A DNA stretch of 64,000 nucleotides from Octopus sinensis (taxonomy: Eukaryota). Below the pieces are notes generated by a model that worked only from the letters and a program-made list of their open reading frames with translations, did no database searches and was not told the DNA's origin. This document shows, one piece after another, positions 26,085 to 40,934 of this stretch; the stretch's first letter is position 1; each line of letters begins with the position of its first letter. The stretch lies in NCBI RefSeq assembly GCF_006345805.1, contig NC_042998.1:125240001-125304000 (forward strand), written 5' to 3'. The translations under genes and the position numbers were made by a program.

Positions 26085-26231
26085 TTTGACTGGTACTACT
26101 TCATCGGCTCTGAAAGGATTTAAGAGCAAAGTAGGTCTCGACGGAATTTGAACTCAGAAGATAAAGGATGAAACTAAATACCGCAAGGCATTTTATCCGG
26201 CGCTTTACATATTCAGTTAATCACCGCCTTC
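26085..26231 (-). mobile_element. Degenerate SINE (family of 59158-59392)
   Basis: actggtact..gaaagga..gcaaagt..cggaatttgaactcagaa..aataccgcaaggcattt..ccggcg. Confidence 0.7.
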
Positions 26232-27289
26232 ACCACTTCCCAGAAAATAATAAAGAGAAAAATATTTCTAAATCTATCATACAACGACAAATTCATAGAA
26301 TTGTATGAGATAAAGTGATGTCCATGTTTATCTCGGGAGCATTAGTGGTGTTAGTGAACAAAGTTTAACAAAAGTCTTTCAAATATTTGCAGAACATATC
26401 ATGCGATATAAACTGTTTATAAAATTTTTAATGATTCTGCTCAAGCAACATCGATTATACTTAAATGCGCACACACACACACGCACACACGCACACACAC
26501 ACGCACACACACACGCACACACACGCACACATACACACACACTGTCAAAGTTCTAACAATTTTATCCGTTTGACAAAAATTCGCGAAAAAATCGATATCG
26601 GCTACACACACACGAATCAAGTATAGATACAGTAATGAGCGTAAAATTGTGTTTGTATTACACACATACACGCACACACATTCTTTCTCTCTCACACACA
26701 CGTATCTGTGTGTGTGTGTGTGTGTATTATACTCGCATCATATTTTTAATGGTGATACACCTCTATGACTAATTCTAGGAAACTGAAACCTGTACAAGAG
26801 TGATCGCACACATGTTTATGGTCGTGATTTTGTTTCTTTACTTTTAACTCTATTCCAGTGAAATGCTTTGTTCCACTCTCAATTTCTTTAGCATCAAATT
26901 CTTACGACTTACAGATTATAATGTGCGTGCATGTATGAGTGAGATTTATGCGTATGTGTGTGAAATGTGTTCCAGTATATTTCAGTTCTGTATAAAACAC
27001 AAAAGCAACGTTTTAGATTGATTATGGAATTAGTGGATATCCAGCCAGACTAATAAAGGTAGGCGTGATCTCGTGACTGAAGAATTTCGATATTTCTAGT
27101 CTAGCAACAAAAAGCTATTGAATTTATAAAATCGCTATGAATGAACTGTGTGGAAGTATGCTAAATGGTGAAAGTTACAGTTAACCATTTTTAGAAAGCT
27201 ACAACTAACCAGGTTCGTTTACTTTTGAGGTCAGTATATGATACATTCTTTTCCTCCGCCAAACGTCAGCAATATGGCTTGAACATCAT

Positions 27290-28130
27290 GACACCTGCCA
27301 TAGACGCAGCAAGCGAGTGTCATTGAGTCCTCGGTGTTTTCTTTTGCACAACAATCATGTTTCCAATGACTTAGCAGGAGCATTTAGCCAACAATGTATC
27401 ATAGACATACAAGTGACAAAATTTTGCTTGTCTCACTGGAAACGGGCAAATGACAAAAGGACTTCAGAAAACAAGTAACTGCAACAGATTAATTTATAGA
27501 AAGTTAAATTATTATAAAATGCATTCTATTTTGTTAGCGTAATGGTTGCTTTTAAATCTTCTCTTGAAAATGTACCTGCCGTGACAACAAGGTTATAGCT
27601 ATAATGCTAGTGCATTCAATGAAGATTTAAGAAATTGACAATAATATAAGCAGTATGATTTTTCACGAGGAAGGCTACAAATACCCTTTAAGTGTTCTAC
27701 TTAAAGGTACTTCCGAACTCAAGGATTCGAATGTTAGGTTGTATTCGGACGTCATTGAATCGTAGGAAGAAGTTTAGATTCCGTTCTCTGAATGTAAAGA
27801 CACGTAAGAAAAGGTGGAAAAAATTGTCCTTAGCTTGTAAAAATAAGATATCTGCAGGGCGTAGTCAAGATGGATATTCACATAGCTTGACAATGTATTT
27901 TCATCGTAGACAGGGAGGCGGAGACTGGAAGAAGCCCCAGAATGTTACCCGTTTTGTTGTGGCCGTAGATTCAGGACATTGACAGTATAAAAGATTGTAT
28001 CCCTAGAAAGAACAATATTGTCAAAAATTGCAGACATTCTTACCATGTCCTGTTCCCAATCGATGAAGAGAATGTCCTGCAGCAGAAGTTACGTGCAAAG
28101 TTCCTACCAAATTATGCATGAATGTGCGTA
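27290..28130 (+). mobile_element. Possible Ty3/Gypsy gag relic
   Basis: Eroded Cys/His-rich segment near 27945-28105 (CCGR, GH, KDC, RRECPAAEVTC across frames) and a gag-like N-terminal stretch; heavily frameshifted. Confidence 0.3.
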
Positions 28131-29810
28131 CGACCAATTTTCTGCAAAACCCTTCTTTTTCTTTCGTGTATTTAAAGATCACAACTGACTTCTTTCTTTC
28201 TCACCCTCGCTACTTTTAAAGGGACAAACCTCGTCATCAATGAGCATATTTATCCGATTTCTTTTGGTCAATGTGCATATGCATCACTGACTTTTATATA
28301 TTTTTATATGCATACACACACACACACACTCATACATATATACTCATGTGAACTCGTGTATAAACAGTGTTGGTTAGCGTATATTAAATTCGTTTCTTCC
28401 TATTTTTGTGTATCTCTTATCTTTTGCGTGTCTCTAGCATCTCTTCACTCTCTTTCACGTTCTTTCCGTGGTGAAGATATTCTAAATCGAATCGAACTGT
28501 AGATGAATTATTCAACACCTCAATAAATCATGGCGGAAATGTCATTAACCCTTTATTACAATCAATATGAAATGTTATGGCGCCAGATCTCATACAGGGC
28601 GCTTTTAGTCAATCCAATAATTATATAACGATCTCTCAACTTAGATTTAAGTATGTGAAAAGTAGTGCATGTAGTTAGGATTAGGAGTTTGATTGTATAC
28701 AACAATTTAGGCAGCGTTAATCATGTTTACTGCTCCAATATTCACAAATAATCTTAATACGCTTGAACATAGAGTAGTGACTGAAAGTGATTGGTAGCAT
28801 CTTTATATCTTATCTATCTATCGATATAGCTGTTTATCCATTTATCAATTTTACCATCTTTGTATCTTTATCTATCCATCCATCCTTCTATCCACCAACC
28901 TGTCTATATTTATACTTACCAAGCTATATCTTTCTATAGATTTCTACCAGCTGTCTCAACCATCTATCTATCTCTTTCACCATCACTTCATCCATCCTTC
29001 TTGCCAGTCTTCTATTTATCAATCCTTAGAAGGAAACTGATGCAGGGAAGCAAGTATATAACCTTGATTAAGCTGTCTTGATAATAAATCTCTCTTGATC
29101 ATCAATATTGGATGTATTTGCACTGTTTCATGACGTTCTGTTTGAATGTATGCAGGTGGGGAGTGATGTAGCTTTACATCATAGACTTCCATGATGTATT
29201 ACATTAACATCTTTCACTAATATGACTGGCATTTTCAATGAAGAGACTTTGTGTTAACTCATGGAATGAATATGTAATTTAATTATCTGAGAATAATAAA
29301 GCATTAATTTCAGGACTGCACGACTTCTCAGTTATAAGAATATCCATAAAAGATAATTAGTCTGGTTAAGATTGTATTTCTATATAGTAAAGTAAATTGA
29401 TGTTATGATAGCCATGCGTTTCTCAAGGAACATGTATTAATCCTTTCACTGACCTGGGGAATTCAAGGGATAGGGTGCTAGAGACAAATCTTATGAAGTA
29501 CGTCCTATCACTTTTCCACGGGTGGATTTGAACACGGTACTATAAGCCAATAAAAATACTGAAATTTGTAGTAAAGCTGCTGCTTAAAACAGATTACTGT
29601 ACATATCCGCCCTTCTTTTACGACACCTTGTGATATTCTAAAAGTGTTGCTTCTCAAAAACAAAATGATTTAATCGACCATCACAGTCTGATTATTTTCT
29701 AATTTGTTTAAAATTATACTAGAAATATGAGTAAATAACAGAAATCAAAAGAATGGATATTTTGAAGTTTAAGTGAACTATATTGGTTTGATTTAAAGAA
29801 AAGTCTAACG

Positions 29811-30090
29811 CAGTGATTCCTAAACAATTTGCTACAAGAGGTATCTAAATGCGTAGTGGGATTTTAAAAATATTTTAAGACTTTATAAAATCCATATGAC
29901 GAGTATGCTTGAACGTCATGAAAAACGTTAATCATAAGACTGTTATATACAAGCAAGATCAATAAAACAAGGATAGCATTATTTTTCTATATTTTTAAAC
30001 TTTAAAACAGATTCTTAAATTTCCATACCAAGTGCGCTATATATATATATATATAAATAACCAGTGCTATACGAGGTTCGAAAGACTACT
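29811..30090. mobile_element. Possible hAT-type MITE
   Basis: Begins cagtgattcctaaac and ends gaggttcgaaagactact, resembling CAGTGGTTCCCAAAC-type ends. Confidence 0.3.
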
Positions 30091-30419
30091 CTTCTAACGT
30101 TTTGTAAAGAAACTTTCGTCGAGAGATGTTGTTTTCTGATGCTATCGGATGAATGGGTTGGAAGTAGTGAGAGGAAGAAACAATAAGACAGTAAAGAATT
30201 GAGGAGGAGAGGATATAGCAGCGAGAAATAAGTGTTAAGGAGATGGCGGATTCAGAAAGGAGATAATCATTACAAATTTGAAAAATGGAGTTAAGGTCAA
30301 GAGATCATAAGAAAAAAATATAATGGATGTCGTGAAGCTGAAGACGTGATAGATAGGTCGATTAGGAGAATGTGAGTTATCATTATTGCCAGCTGATGAA
30401 GTTTTTGGAGTGAAAGGGA

Positions 30420-31560
30420 TATGTTTACCTTTCCACTTGGCGACATTGAGCTATAGTGTAAAGTGACTGCACAATCCTAGAAGTTGTCCAAAAATGTAAT
30501 CTGATCAATTAAAATGTCTTGCTAGGTGTTTGGAGAGTACTTGCATGTCATCGTAAACTTCGAGGAGGCACTCGGGGAAGCGATCGCCTAAATGACAGTC
30601 GATTTTACCCACGTGCAGTGATTTGCAGAGTTTAGAGGTGAAAGAGGAAATAATTTTAGCAGTGATTTGGGGCAAGTTATGTGTAGCATATAGAACGGGA
30701 GTATTTGAAGGTGGGTATAATTTACAAGCGGTCAAAAAGAGCTGACCAAAATTTTGGAGCCTGAAAGTCAGAAGGAATGAAGTGGAAGTTGCGGAGAATA
30801 TCCTGTTCAAGCAGCAAAGGTGACGACTGAATATAGTAGGCGACTGAATACTCCCTTCGGGCGTGTAAGATAAGTGCTGAGACTCTATAAATGACCTGTT
30901 ACCAGCTGCGCACAGCGTTAATCATTAAGTCAAGGATTTTTCATATGAAGAAAATTGATTCATCTATTCGGATTTGGAAACGAAATTAGAATCCTTGCTG
31001 CATAATTGTCAGAGATGGAGAATTACCAGTAGGAGGTGACCGTTTTAGAGCAAGATGGAACATTCGAGGTAAGAGTATTAACCAGTAAGTTTATATTGCA
31101 CTGTATTCGAAATATAGGCTATCGAAAGTGACAAATGCGCTGGTGATGTTAAAAGTATATTCTACAGTAGATTGAAAGGTGTTGGTGTATAAGATGAAGA
31201 CCGTAAGTTCATCTCTGGAGAACGAAGTAGCATTGATGCATTCGTCAATATAATGACCGTTCACTCCCGGGTGGTTTTGGTGGATTGGGAAAACACCTGA
31301 GCCTCAGTACAGTTTACAAAAAGGTTAGCGTAACTGGAGCCCATCTTGATTCCCTTAGATATATTGGTAGCTTGCTGGTAGAACTTGCCGGACGAGGAAC
31401 AGTTTAGGGTAAGAACAAGTTAGGTGAAGAAGAGAGGTGCTGTCTAAGTTCAGGTGAGGGACTGAAATTGACGAATATAGAAAATAGTTCTTCATGATTT
31501 GGTGGACCTGGTAGTTAAAAACTAAAGTTTTAAGTCATGGCCATTGTAAAGTGAGGGTGA
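30420..31560 (-). mobile_element. Decayed Penelope-like element (RT + GIY-YIG)
   Basis: Minus strand LVLTLNC..GKFYQQ..GIKMGSSYANLFV..HYIDECI (RT), then KLCKSLHVGKIDCHLGDRFPE..SKHLARHFN (GIY-YIG). Confidence 0.85.
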
Positions 31561-31934
31561 TATGATACGAACCCTCTTTTCATTTGACCATTTATAACTT
31601 CTCGAAGTTAGTAGATTGAAATAAAACGTCTACAATTGCGAAAAGTAACTGGCAATCGTTCAAGAGCTTACTTATTTTCCATTTTATATAAATATAAGTA
31701 ATCATACAGTGAAAATTGCTCTAATCCTTTATATATTTATTTAAGCATAACACTTAACAAAATATCGCAGACTTTTATAACATGCATATATACTTGAATA
31801 ACCAAAGCATTTCACCCACCTATTCTGGATCAAAGAATATTCTAAAGAAAACTAAAATCCTCATAGTTCGAATTCTATGTGTGAATTCCGTGTATATCTA
31901 GTACGCCTTGAATGATATCTGTGCGTGGAAGATA

Positions 31935-32748
31935 CTTGGTGCGGTGAATAACCTGTCGTCTAAATTACGTAAAATGAAAATAAGACTGACATTTCATTTT
32001 AAGATATATTTACCAAAATTACATAAAATATCTTGAAATACTAAAGAGTAAATTTTTTTAATAATATCGCCATTGGCTTCAACCACAGCTTCCAGTCGAC
32101 TTCGGAATTTCCTGCAGCTCTTCTGGACGGTCTCCTTGTTTAAGGTGGTGAAAACCGCCATAATTCTTGCCTTCAGTTCATCTATAGTGTTACAAGGTGT
32201 TGGTCTCTCGCTCAACTGCACCCCACACATAATAATCAAGGGGGTTGTAGTCTGGGGGAGTTAGGTGGCCAGATGTTAGGAGTGATGTGGTATGGTGCAG
32301 AGTCCTGTTGCCAGACATAGGGTCTTCTAGTGCAGCACTATCTCCTCTAGGCACTTGATTTAGGCCTCCGTGTTGAGTGTGAGGCCGTGTGGGAAGATGA
32401 ATGGAGGCATAATGTCGCCATCACTAGTGATTATTCCAAACACCATGATGTTGACTTTTTAATCACCGTTAGTCTCATTAAACTCTTTCCGAATCGTTCT
32501 GCACTGTCCTCAGATTAACAGTCAAACACTCTGAAATGTTCATATTGGAGCTTCCGACGCCAAGCAGTACAGCATGTCGTTTCCAAATTTCTGGCAGAGT
32601 GAATTGTGTCATGGTGCTGTTTTTTTTCTCACAGACGGTGCCCAACTGACTCAACTATACTGTGTAGTCGACAAAGTCAAAAGCAAACAATGCACATGCA
32701 TGAAATTAAAAATATAAAACGGCGACAATCTACCCATCGCATCCTGTG
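31935..32748 (-). mobile_element. Internally deleted Tc1/mariner-superfamily element (DD37D/maT-like)
   Basis: IMVFGIITSDGDIMPPFIFPHGL, RPYVWQQDSAPYH, IWPPNSPDYNPLDYYVWG, RSRLEAVVEANGD; inverted ends ggtgcggtgaataacctgtcg (~31938) and cgacaatctacccatcgcatcc (~32723). Confidence 0.85.
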
Positions 32749-35700
32749 TGTTATTCTAAAAAGCTATCTTATTCTATTTCCAACTTAATTCTCCTTGAAG
32801 TTTTCTTACTTTACAGATTTTTCGGTTGTACTATCAAAACCTATTAAATTGTTTCTGATGGATCAGTGATGAGGTACATATGCGGTACAAGAGTACAACT
32901 TTCCGCATTTTGAACATTCCTTGCGCATGACCCAGAGTTAAAACATATGCTTATTTCTTGGTCATCTTTTATTGCAGATCCGTACACACTACGCGGGACT
33001 TGAGATCAGATCGTAAAAAAACACTACTAAATACTGCTAAACGTTTTAGTTTACATTTTACTTCTGTAATTTCGCCACAACCGTACACCTGCCTGGTTTT
33101 CTTGTTTGGCTTGGTTTTGTTGTTTTTTTTTTCTTATCTTTGTCAAAGAAACACAAAAAATTGTAACAGAATTTTATAATGTGTGTAAGCTTGGCTGAAT
33201 GAGCACTTAAGAACAGTGAGTAGAGTCGAGATTTAATATCACGATCTTCCAGTTGCTAATCATGTAAGCTCTGTAACTTACATTTCGAATAAAAATATCT
33301 TCACGATAAGTCTAAGTATGATTACATGTACAAACTGTATTAGTTTATACACGGTATATTTTTATATATAACCATATATCTCATTACATCAATTTTCTTC
33401 CACACCTGTATCTATCATAAATAACTAGTATAATTTACTATCAGAATTCAGAGGATTGTGCCAACACCTACGCAGTTTTCACTACTTTCTGTCATCTTCC
33501 AACAATTTTTTTAACTTCGATTCTTTCTTTTTTCTTTCGTACATCTACTACTGGTATTCTTCAAACGTGTTCTCAGCAAAAGTCGTGATGTTTCAGTTGA
33601 TAACCTGCTAGAAGTTGAAACTACAACAGGAAACATTAAAAATAAATCAGTTATGAAAATAAAAATAAAGCCGCATATCTACAGTTTATCTGGAATACTA
33701 TAGCAATGCATTAATTAAACATGTCAACAGGTTGAAATTTAGACTTTGTATTTTATTTTATTTATGCTTGCTGTTTTCTGTCGTTTTTAATAAACACAGG
33801 GAGCTGTGCAAATATAATGGAATTGGAATTAACAATATATTTTCACTCCATCATAGTCAAATCCTAATGGATTGGTATTTAATCATCCTTGCTACGTTTG
33901 TGATCAGTTAAATGCACCAAGAACTTCCTGGCAAGTAGAGACTGCGATCCAGTTTCTTTTCCCGTTCACTTGAGTTACAAATACGCTTACAAAAAGAGTA
34001 GACCTGATTTTCACGCACATCTTATTCCACTCGCTTAACAGTAGTTCTTTGTACCTAGGCTAAGAAACTACTATTCTTTAGTATGTATTTTGTTTCTTTG
34101 ATTTTTTTAGTAAGCAGTTCAATGGATTGCAAAGGTCTTTGTGTGAGCATCGTAGAATAGCAATAAGGTTTTGTAGCAAAGGTTCGACTTCTCTTATGAT
34201 CCATAATCACTTCAGTTACTCTTTTTTATCTACAATTTTTAATAACCTAGAGGAGAAATGGGCATTTACATTGATGTACCCTCGACACTAACCATTAGGC
34301 GTTGAAGGACGTGTTTAGCTCTTAGATTATATTAGATTGAAATACTATGAATGACGAATACTGTGTCGTTGAGCATTGTGACCGATGTTTATGGATAGTT
34401 ACATTTCATCTGTTGGTTCTGTAACTGTCTGCGGATACTGTCGAAATAGATTCCATTTGTGTCAATATTCGACGTAAAGTTATAACGAACGCATTGCAGC
34501 AGTTCTTCCTAAATCTTACATTGAAGTATTTATCGCTGGTGTTACGATAACCGCTGTTGTTGTCAGTTATTAAATATATTTAATCCGAATAAATCTTACT
34601 TCCAATCGCCCTGGTTTTTATGTAGCTCAGATGGTTCTCGTTTTGATTATTTCAATTCTTGTCAGAAAGACATCACAGAGGTTGACATTCCATTAAACTT
34701 ATATTTCTATTTTCGTATAAACATTAAGCTTATGGCAATTCATTTATAACAACAGTTTAAGTATAACCAAAGATTTTAAATAGTTAGAAACGGGTAGCAG
34801 CTTGTATTTAGTATTAACGTCTATTTTACAAAATTTGATTTATAGTCTTGAATCTGGTTCGTGATGTTCTGGTATTCATCAACTCAACGTTTGAGTACAT
34901 AATGCAGCTGACCTGATAAAATTTTATTTGAAGATGACCGGAGATGTAACGCCACAAATATTTGAGAGAGAGAAGGGAAGAGAGAATTTAATCAATTTAA
35001 GCTGTTAGCAAAACAAGGAAACGAATATAGGATTATAACATTAATTCCCCTTGACTGATCCTATGAAGCCTATACTTTTTTAAACACTTTAGCTTGATAG
35101 TGTCTTTCATTGTTAATTCCTTTGTATTTAAGATGGTGGAAGGGCAGAAATAGAGCATTCAACTTAAATGCTTTACTAGGTTTAGTTCCGTATCTCTACG
35201 AGCTGAGGTAGTTCAATTTGTTTTTGATTCCTTCATGATCAATACAATAAATACAGATCATAAGCTGTAAACGATAGAGTACAATTATTTGTTCTTATGC
35301 CAATGCAACAAAATCTCTAATTTATTTTGATTAGTAATGATACTAATTCTCTTAAATTAATTTATAGTCAAAGTTAATTTAGTGTCTATATATTTTCATC
35401 ATCGAGATATCGATAGAAATGATAGAATTGTACACGTATATAAATTAAGGTCAGTACAATGTTGGGAAAACAACGAATTATTCTCTGTTGCATATCAATT
35501 TCTTAGTTTAAGCGCCAACAAATATGTTTTTTTTGTGCAACTTGTATATGAGGCGATGCAAGATACTCTGTTATTTAAAGTTTGTGATGAGATTGAAAGC
35601 ACTAGTAGGGCTTCTGATAAGTGTGACATTGGCGTTGGGAGACTAGTTTCATTAAGAATTGTCCACATTTTAACAATTGAGCACTTTATTTCTGCAAGTA

Positions 35701-38700
35701 ATTTATTAAATTTGACTTTTTTTATATGTTGCTCATCCCTCTCATTTTACATGGTTGTAGCCACCTGGTAATTAACTGGCTTTCAAAAATTGTCATACTC
35801 TTTAAATGCTGACCATGCGGTTGTTTAACTTCTGTGATTAAACAAATGTTTCCATGACTAGTTGACTTTATACTAATAAAATGCGTAGATAATATTTCTA
35901 TCAATATGCAATGTTTAGTTACCTTATACGTTGCAATACTTGATAGAAAAGAGACAGCCTAATTACTTCCGAAAAACTCGTTTCATCTGAGTTTGTGAGG
36001 TTTTTACAAGACAGAAAGTAATCATGCTTTTGAATCAGCAAATTTGTTTTTAGCGCAGAACAGTCATTAGTTTATTGTTAAGCCTATTTCTCCCTGAAGA
36101 CGCATTTTAAGAAGAATTGTAATGTAACATCACCATTAGACGTATGTTCTTTTTTTATGATGGCACAGTCGTTAAAGCCAATGTGCTAATAGCCGAACAC
36201 CACAGCATAGAATCAGGATTTTACTTCATTTTTTTTTTTCTCTTTTCCGAACTTAATCCAGATAAATGACCTTAGAAGTTTTAAAAGGACATCTTAACTA
36301 CTTCTTGTCGATATAGTTACATGAGAATATTACCTCTATCTCGTGTTTACCGGCTATATAATTATGCTGCTTTGAGTCTGCCAATACAAGTCTCGTATCA
36401 GAATTTTCCAATATGTTTGAAATTAAAGAAAGCAGTTGATAAATTGGATTTTATTTTCGCCAAGAGACCTCATTTCAGTTTTCTATGTTCTTATCGGGTT
36501 TCTGAAAAAATATCTTTGATGTTTTACAGCTCTGTCTCGCAGAAGCGTTTGGTAATATAGGTATTGTCAGCAATAAATGGCAAGATAACTCGGTTATCCA
36601 AGTGATTGGTGTGTAAGTTCTTGGGTTTAAACACATACATCGTACAATTTAAAGAATCGGTCACTGATAACTCCTGCTTTCTGAAACTACTTCTCAAGTT
36701 TCATAAAATATTGATTATTGAATTTTTGTTTCACATTTTCATGTTTCGGATTTATTTGGGGCTGAAAATTGAAATTGTAACATTCAAATTTCAAACAAAG
36801 TGATTAGTGACTTAAGAGTGAATTATCGCCAGTCAGTTATTCAAACCTAATTGTGAAAAAGTAGATCACAAGGGACTTATCTCACTTTTTTTAAAGCAGT
36901 CATCACTGGATTATTGAACGTGGCTTTTTCTTTTAACAGACTTAACTTTTGTAGGAGACGCGTATAGTCGACTGGGCTTGCCACCAATGTATTACTGTAG
37001 TAATGTAGGTAGTTGACATATAGGATAACTGACCGAAAGATTGGGGTTTAAATATGGTCAAAGGATTAACTCACAAGTTGAATTAATATAAACCTTTGTA
37101 ATTTTAGCGAGTTGTTTAGTTAGATCGACTCACTGTTAAACTGAAAAATAAACACAATTATAAACTGTTCCCAAAGTACTTTGCTGAATTTCTACGTGAA
37201 AACTGACAGGATCTTTGGTTGTGCATCAATGACCCAACAGTTACTTTACTAAGTAAGCAACGCCCATATTACTGGTAATTCACTTAGTCGTGTAATGAGT
37301 GGCGTATTTTTACAAATACTGAAAGAGATGAGATCTGGAGGGAGTAAAAAAAATATAACACTTTATCTACTTGTAAAAATATGTCCACTGATCACAGCGG
37401 GCTTGAGAAGATAGCTTTAATATTGAGGTTTAATAAAACCGGAACCAATCTGTAGCTATCCCCCTACTTACTGTGTGTGTGTGTGTGTGTGTGCTTAGTC
37501 ATTAAGTTACCACTAGGTTCTTGTGTTTTTTTCCTCTCTAAAACGCAAATTTCAATACATTAACATTTTTTGCGTCCTTCAGTTAATACACTACTGCCTA
37601 CTTGAATTATCGAAATTCACGTTGGCCAACTTATTTCACTTATTTCAATTTTTTTGTAATTTCATTGTTTATAATTGTCAATCTTGGAGTACTAAAAGGT
37701 AAACGACATCTGGATTTGACTTTGTTCCTTGTCTTTCAGTGAATTAAACTAAATTCTCTCGAAGCATTTAGTCTGGTGCTTTATTATATCGTTCTACTTG
37801 TCTATCAACCTTAGATACTATGACGTCACGTTTCCTTACAGTGGTTACTTCCGAACAATGATAAAATCGTTGAAAAAGGGCTGTGCCTGAAACTGGCTCA
37901 CGCTCTCTCCTCGCGACGCACGAACTTAAGAGCCAACAGGATACTCTCAACGTGGTTGCTCTTCCTGTGAATAAATCGTTACCAAATTTCCATCAAATCA
38001 TGTTCTTCTGTCTTAAGGCATTTGGTAGTTGGCGTATACAATTCCTGAAGGAAAAATATGGCATATTCATGGCTACAATATTTTTAATCTTAGCTCTGCT
38101 CGATCAGGACTAACCTGGGGCTACAGAAAAACACACGAACTTTTCTCATTCTATCGATTTTAATAACTATTTTATTTTTGCTGACGCAATCGTCACTTTT
38201 CTTTGTATTTTTATGTATTTTGTAACGTGTGTGTGTATGTGTGTGTGTGTGCTTTCGTCATTATGTAATACTGTCGAATGGAATGGACGTCTCTAAAATT
38301 TTAACGCTTAGTACCGCACGTACAAATATAAGTACTTGGCTTTCAACTTAAGAAATAATTGCAATAGGTTGTAGAGTATTCGTGACATAGTAAAAATGAG
38401 AGAGAGAGAGAGAATGGGAAGTAAACATACAAAAGTGAATATATACGCAGGAAATTAATGACGTATTCGGTGTGTTTTCAGCTGTTTTGTAGACAGGAAG
38501 TTGGTGTCCACAGGTCAGAAATGACGTCGGTCAGATGGAATAGAATTAAGAGGGCGCTGGTTTTTTAGTATTTAATGAATGTAATATATGAACAGTTTCA
38601 CTTCCATTCTCACAGTCACTAGCACTACAATTGCCAACACTTCTACTACGAGAGTCGCCAACATTTCCTTACTACTACCACTAATACTACACGATTCTTC

Positions 38701-39380
38701 TGAGCAAATATAGAGTTTTGGAGAGGGTAGAGACGAGTTACCAAGTCTGGTAGTAACAAATAGAATGTTGTTGTCATTCGGATGACATGTGCTTCAGTTG
38801 TACAATCTACCAGTTGGAGGATATAAATATGTGTATATATATACACATATATCTTTAAACTATACAAGGTAAAGCAAGTATCAGAAATAGCTGAAATCGC
38901 TATATATATAGTGTGTGTGTGTGTAGGAAGAATTACCTTTTTTTCAAACTGATAGCTGTTCTGGGAATTGCTTACGCATTATTTTAAATTCGATAATATT
39001 TCACGATAACACTTCAATGGTAATTCTTTATTTTATTTTCGAATTTTTTGTAATTTTTAATGTGTTCTATAGAAATATTGGCGGAGGTTACACTGGGGTG
39101 GAATAGAAGACAACCAATCAATACATGAATAGATTTATTGTATATTTTAAGATCATTAAATGTGAAACTCTCTTTAGACATTTTCACCTTATAGGATTAT
39201 AAAGAATGTATTCAAAAAGATGTCATTCGAGTTCAAATGCTTTCTATATCTTATTTCTTTCCGATATGTTCAAAGTATTTCTTACAAACACATTACTTAA
39301 AAGTCAATGTAAAAAGAGGTTTGTTTTTTTTTTTGTTGTTTTTTTTTTGTATAATTTTCCTTTTTCTTTAATTTCCGTAG

Positions 39381-39440
39381 GCGCTAACATATCACCAGGA
39401 GTAAAACAACGAGACAGAGCGAAAAGCTGGAGCAACTCAG
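39381..39440 (+). CDS. Candidate 60-bp internal coding exon, (G)ANISPGVKQRDRAKSWSNS, of an unidentified gene
   Basis: Long pyrimidine tract ending ttccgtAG; open, frame-preserving 60 nt (phase 1-1); CAG|GTTCGT donor; non-repetitive composition. Confidence 0.5.
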
Positions 39441-39483
39441 GTTCGTAAAGCTTTTTCTGTTGTTGCAACCATTAACATGTCCG

Positions 39484-39576
<93 letters not shown>
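39484..39576. repeat. (CTAT)n tetranucleotide microsatellite
   Basis: About 23 units. Confidence 0.95.
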
Positions 39577-39577
<1 letters not shown>

Positions 39578-40521
39578 CTATGCATATATATACACACACA
39601 CACACACATACGCTTTTAACAAATTAGTATTTTTTCTCACTTCATGCCTCAATTCCGCCTTTTTCTCCCTCCAGAACACTCGCTTCTGTTTATCCTATCA
39701 GGAACACAAGAGTCTTTCTCTCTCGTAAACATACATTTTTTTCTGTTTCATGAACCCAGTAATATATTCAAGTTATCGCTTACATTTAACGTTGAGCTGT
39801 ATGTAATTAAAAACACAGAGGTATCTGGAGCGTATAAGTATTTCAGTCTCTCTCTCTCTGTCCCCCCTATCTCTCTCTCTCTCTCACACACACACATTGT
39901 AGTACTACACTCTATACACCTGTAATGCATTCCTCCTAGTGTTCCTCTTAATTACGTGAGCGGTAATTGACTAAAACTCAGTGCTGAAGTATATGGCGTA
40001 GTGTCAGGCAGGCGCTACTATTGGAAGCTATTCACCTTCACTGACCTGTCATACTCACTAGCTACATTCATTCATTTATTCACTTATATATTTACCCACT
40101 TATATACACTAGTCTTTCTCTATTTTTATCTTAAACGAAACCAGAATGACAAATACGCATTCACTTTCACATAAATGCATAAATACATAGCATAGACAAT
40201 CTTCCACATGTATTCATGTTTTCAAACATCCCCACATACATTTTCCATTATACATTTATACATACATGCTTTTGGTCACACGCAGACAAGCATGCATATA
40301 TATATATATATATATATATATCCACACACTTTCAATTATAAACACACATGCACTTGTTCAAGAGCATGATTTCCAATGCACACTTTCAAATGCACACGCA
40401 TATATATGTGTGGAGGGTCTTTTCAATACATTGCCTGGTTTTAAAAACCTACATCAGATGCCATAATGGATCTAAGGTATAAGTACAAGAAGTAATCACT
40501 CTGCATAAGTAGACAACCACC

Positions 40522-40552
<31 letters not shown>

Positions 40553-40576
40553 CACATACACTCAATTCACGCACAC

Positions 40577-40879
40577 ATACCTCTCCTCGACTTACGACCG
40601 AATTCCGCTCCGAATGGTAGCTCATAAGTCGGTCTAGTTGTATGTAAGATTTATATTTTTCGACACTATTTTCATTCAAAAGCAACTGATGCTTGAAAAC
40701 GACTGAGTGAGAGATAGTGGTAGACAGTGAACGACTGTGTCTGCTGCGGGAGGTCTGCGTTGTCAGATGCTGCCATAGTTATCATACATGCAATTGCCCA
40801 ACGTCCGAAAATCGGTTTTTTTATTTATTTTTGTGGTCGTAAATGCGGATAGTCTTAAGTCGCATAGGTCGTTAAATCG

Positions 40880-40885
<6 letters not shown>
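40577..40885. mobile_element. Tigger/Tc1-mariner-type MITE
   Basis: cctcgacttacgacc at the left end and ggtcgttaaatcgagg at the right end, with internal gtcgtaa/taagtcg subrepeats. Confidence 0.65.
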
Positions 40886-40928
<43 letters not shown>

Positions 40929-40934
40929 TGTGTC

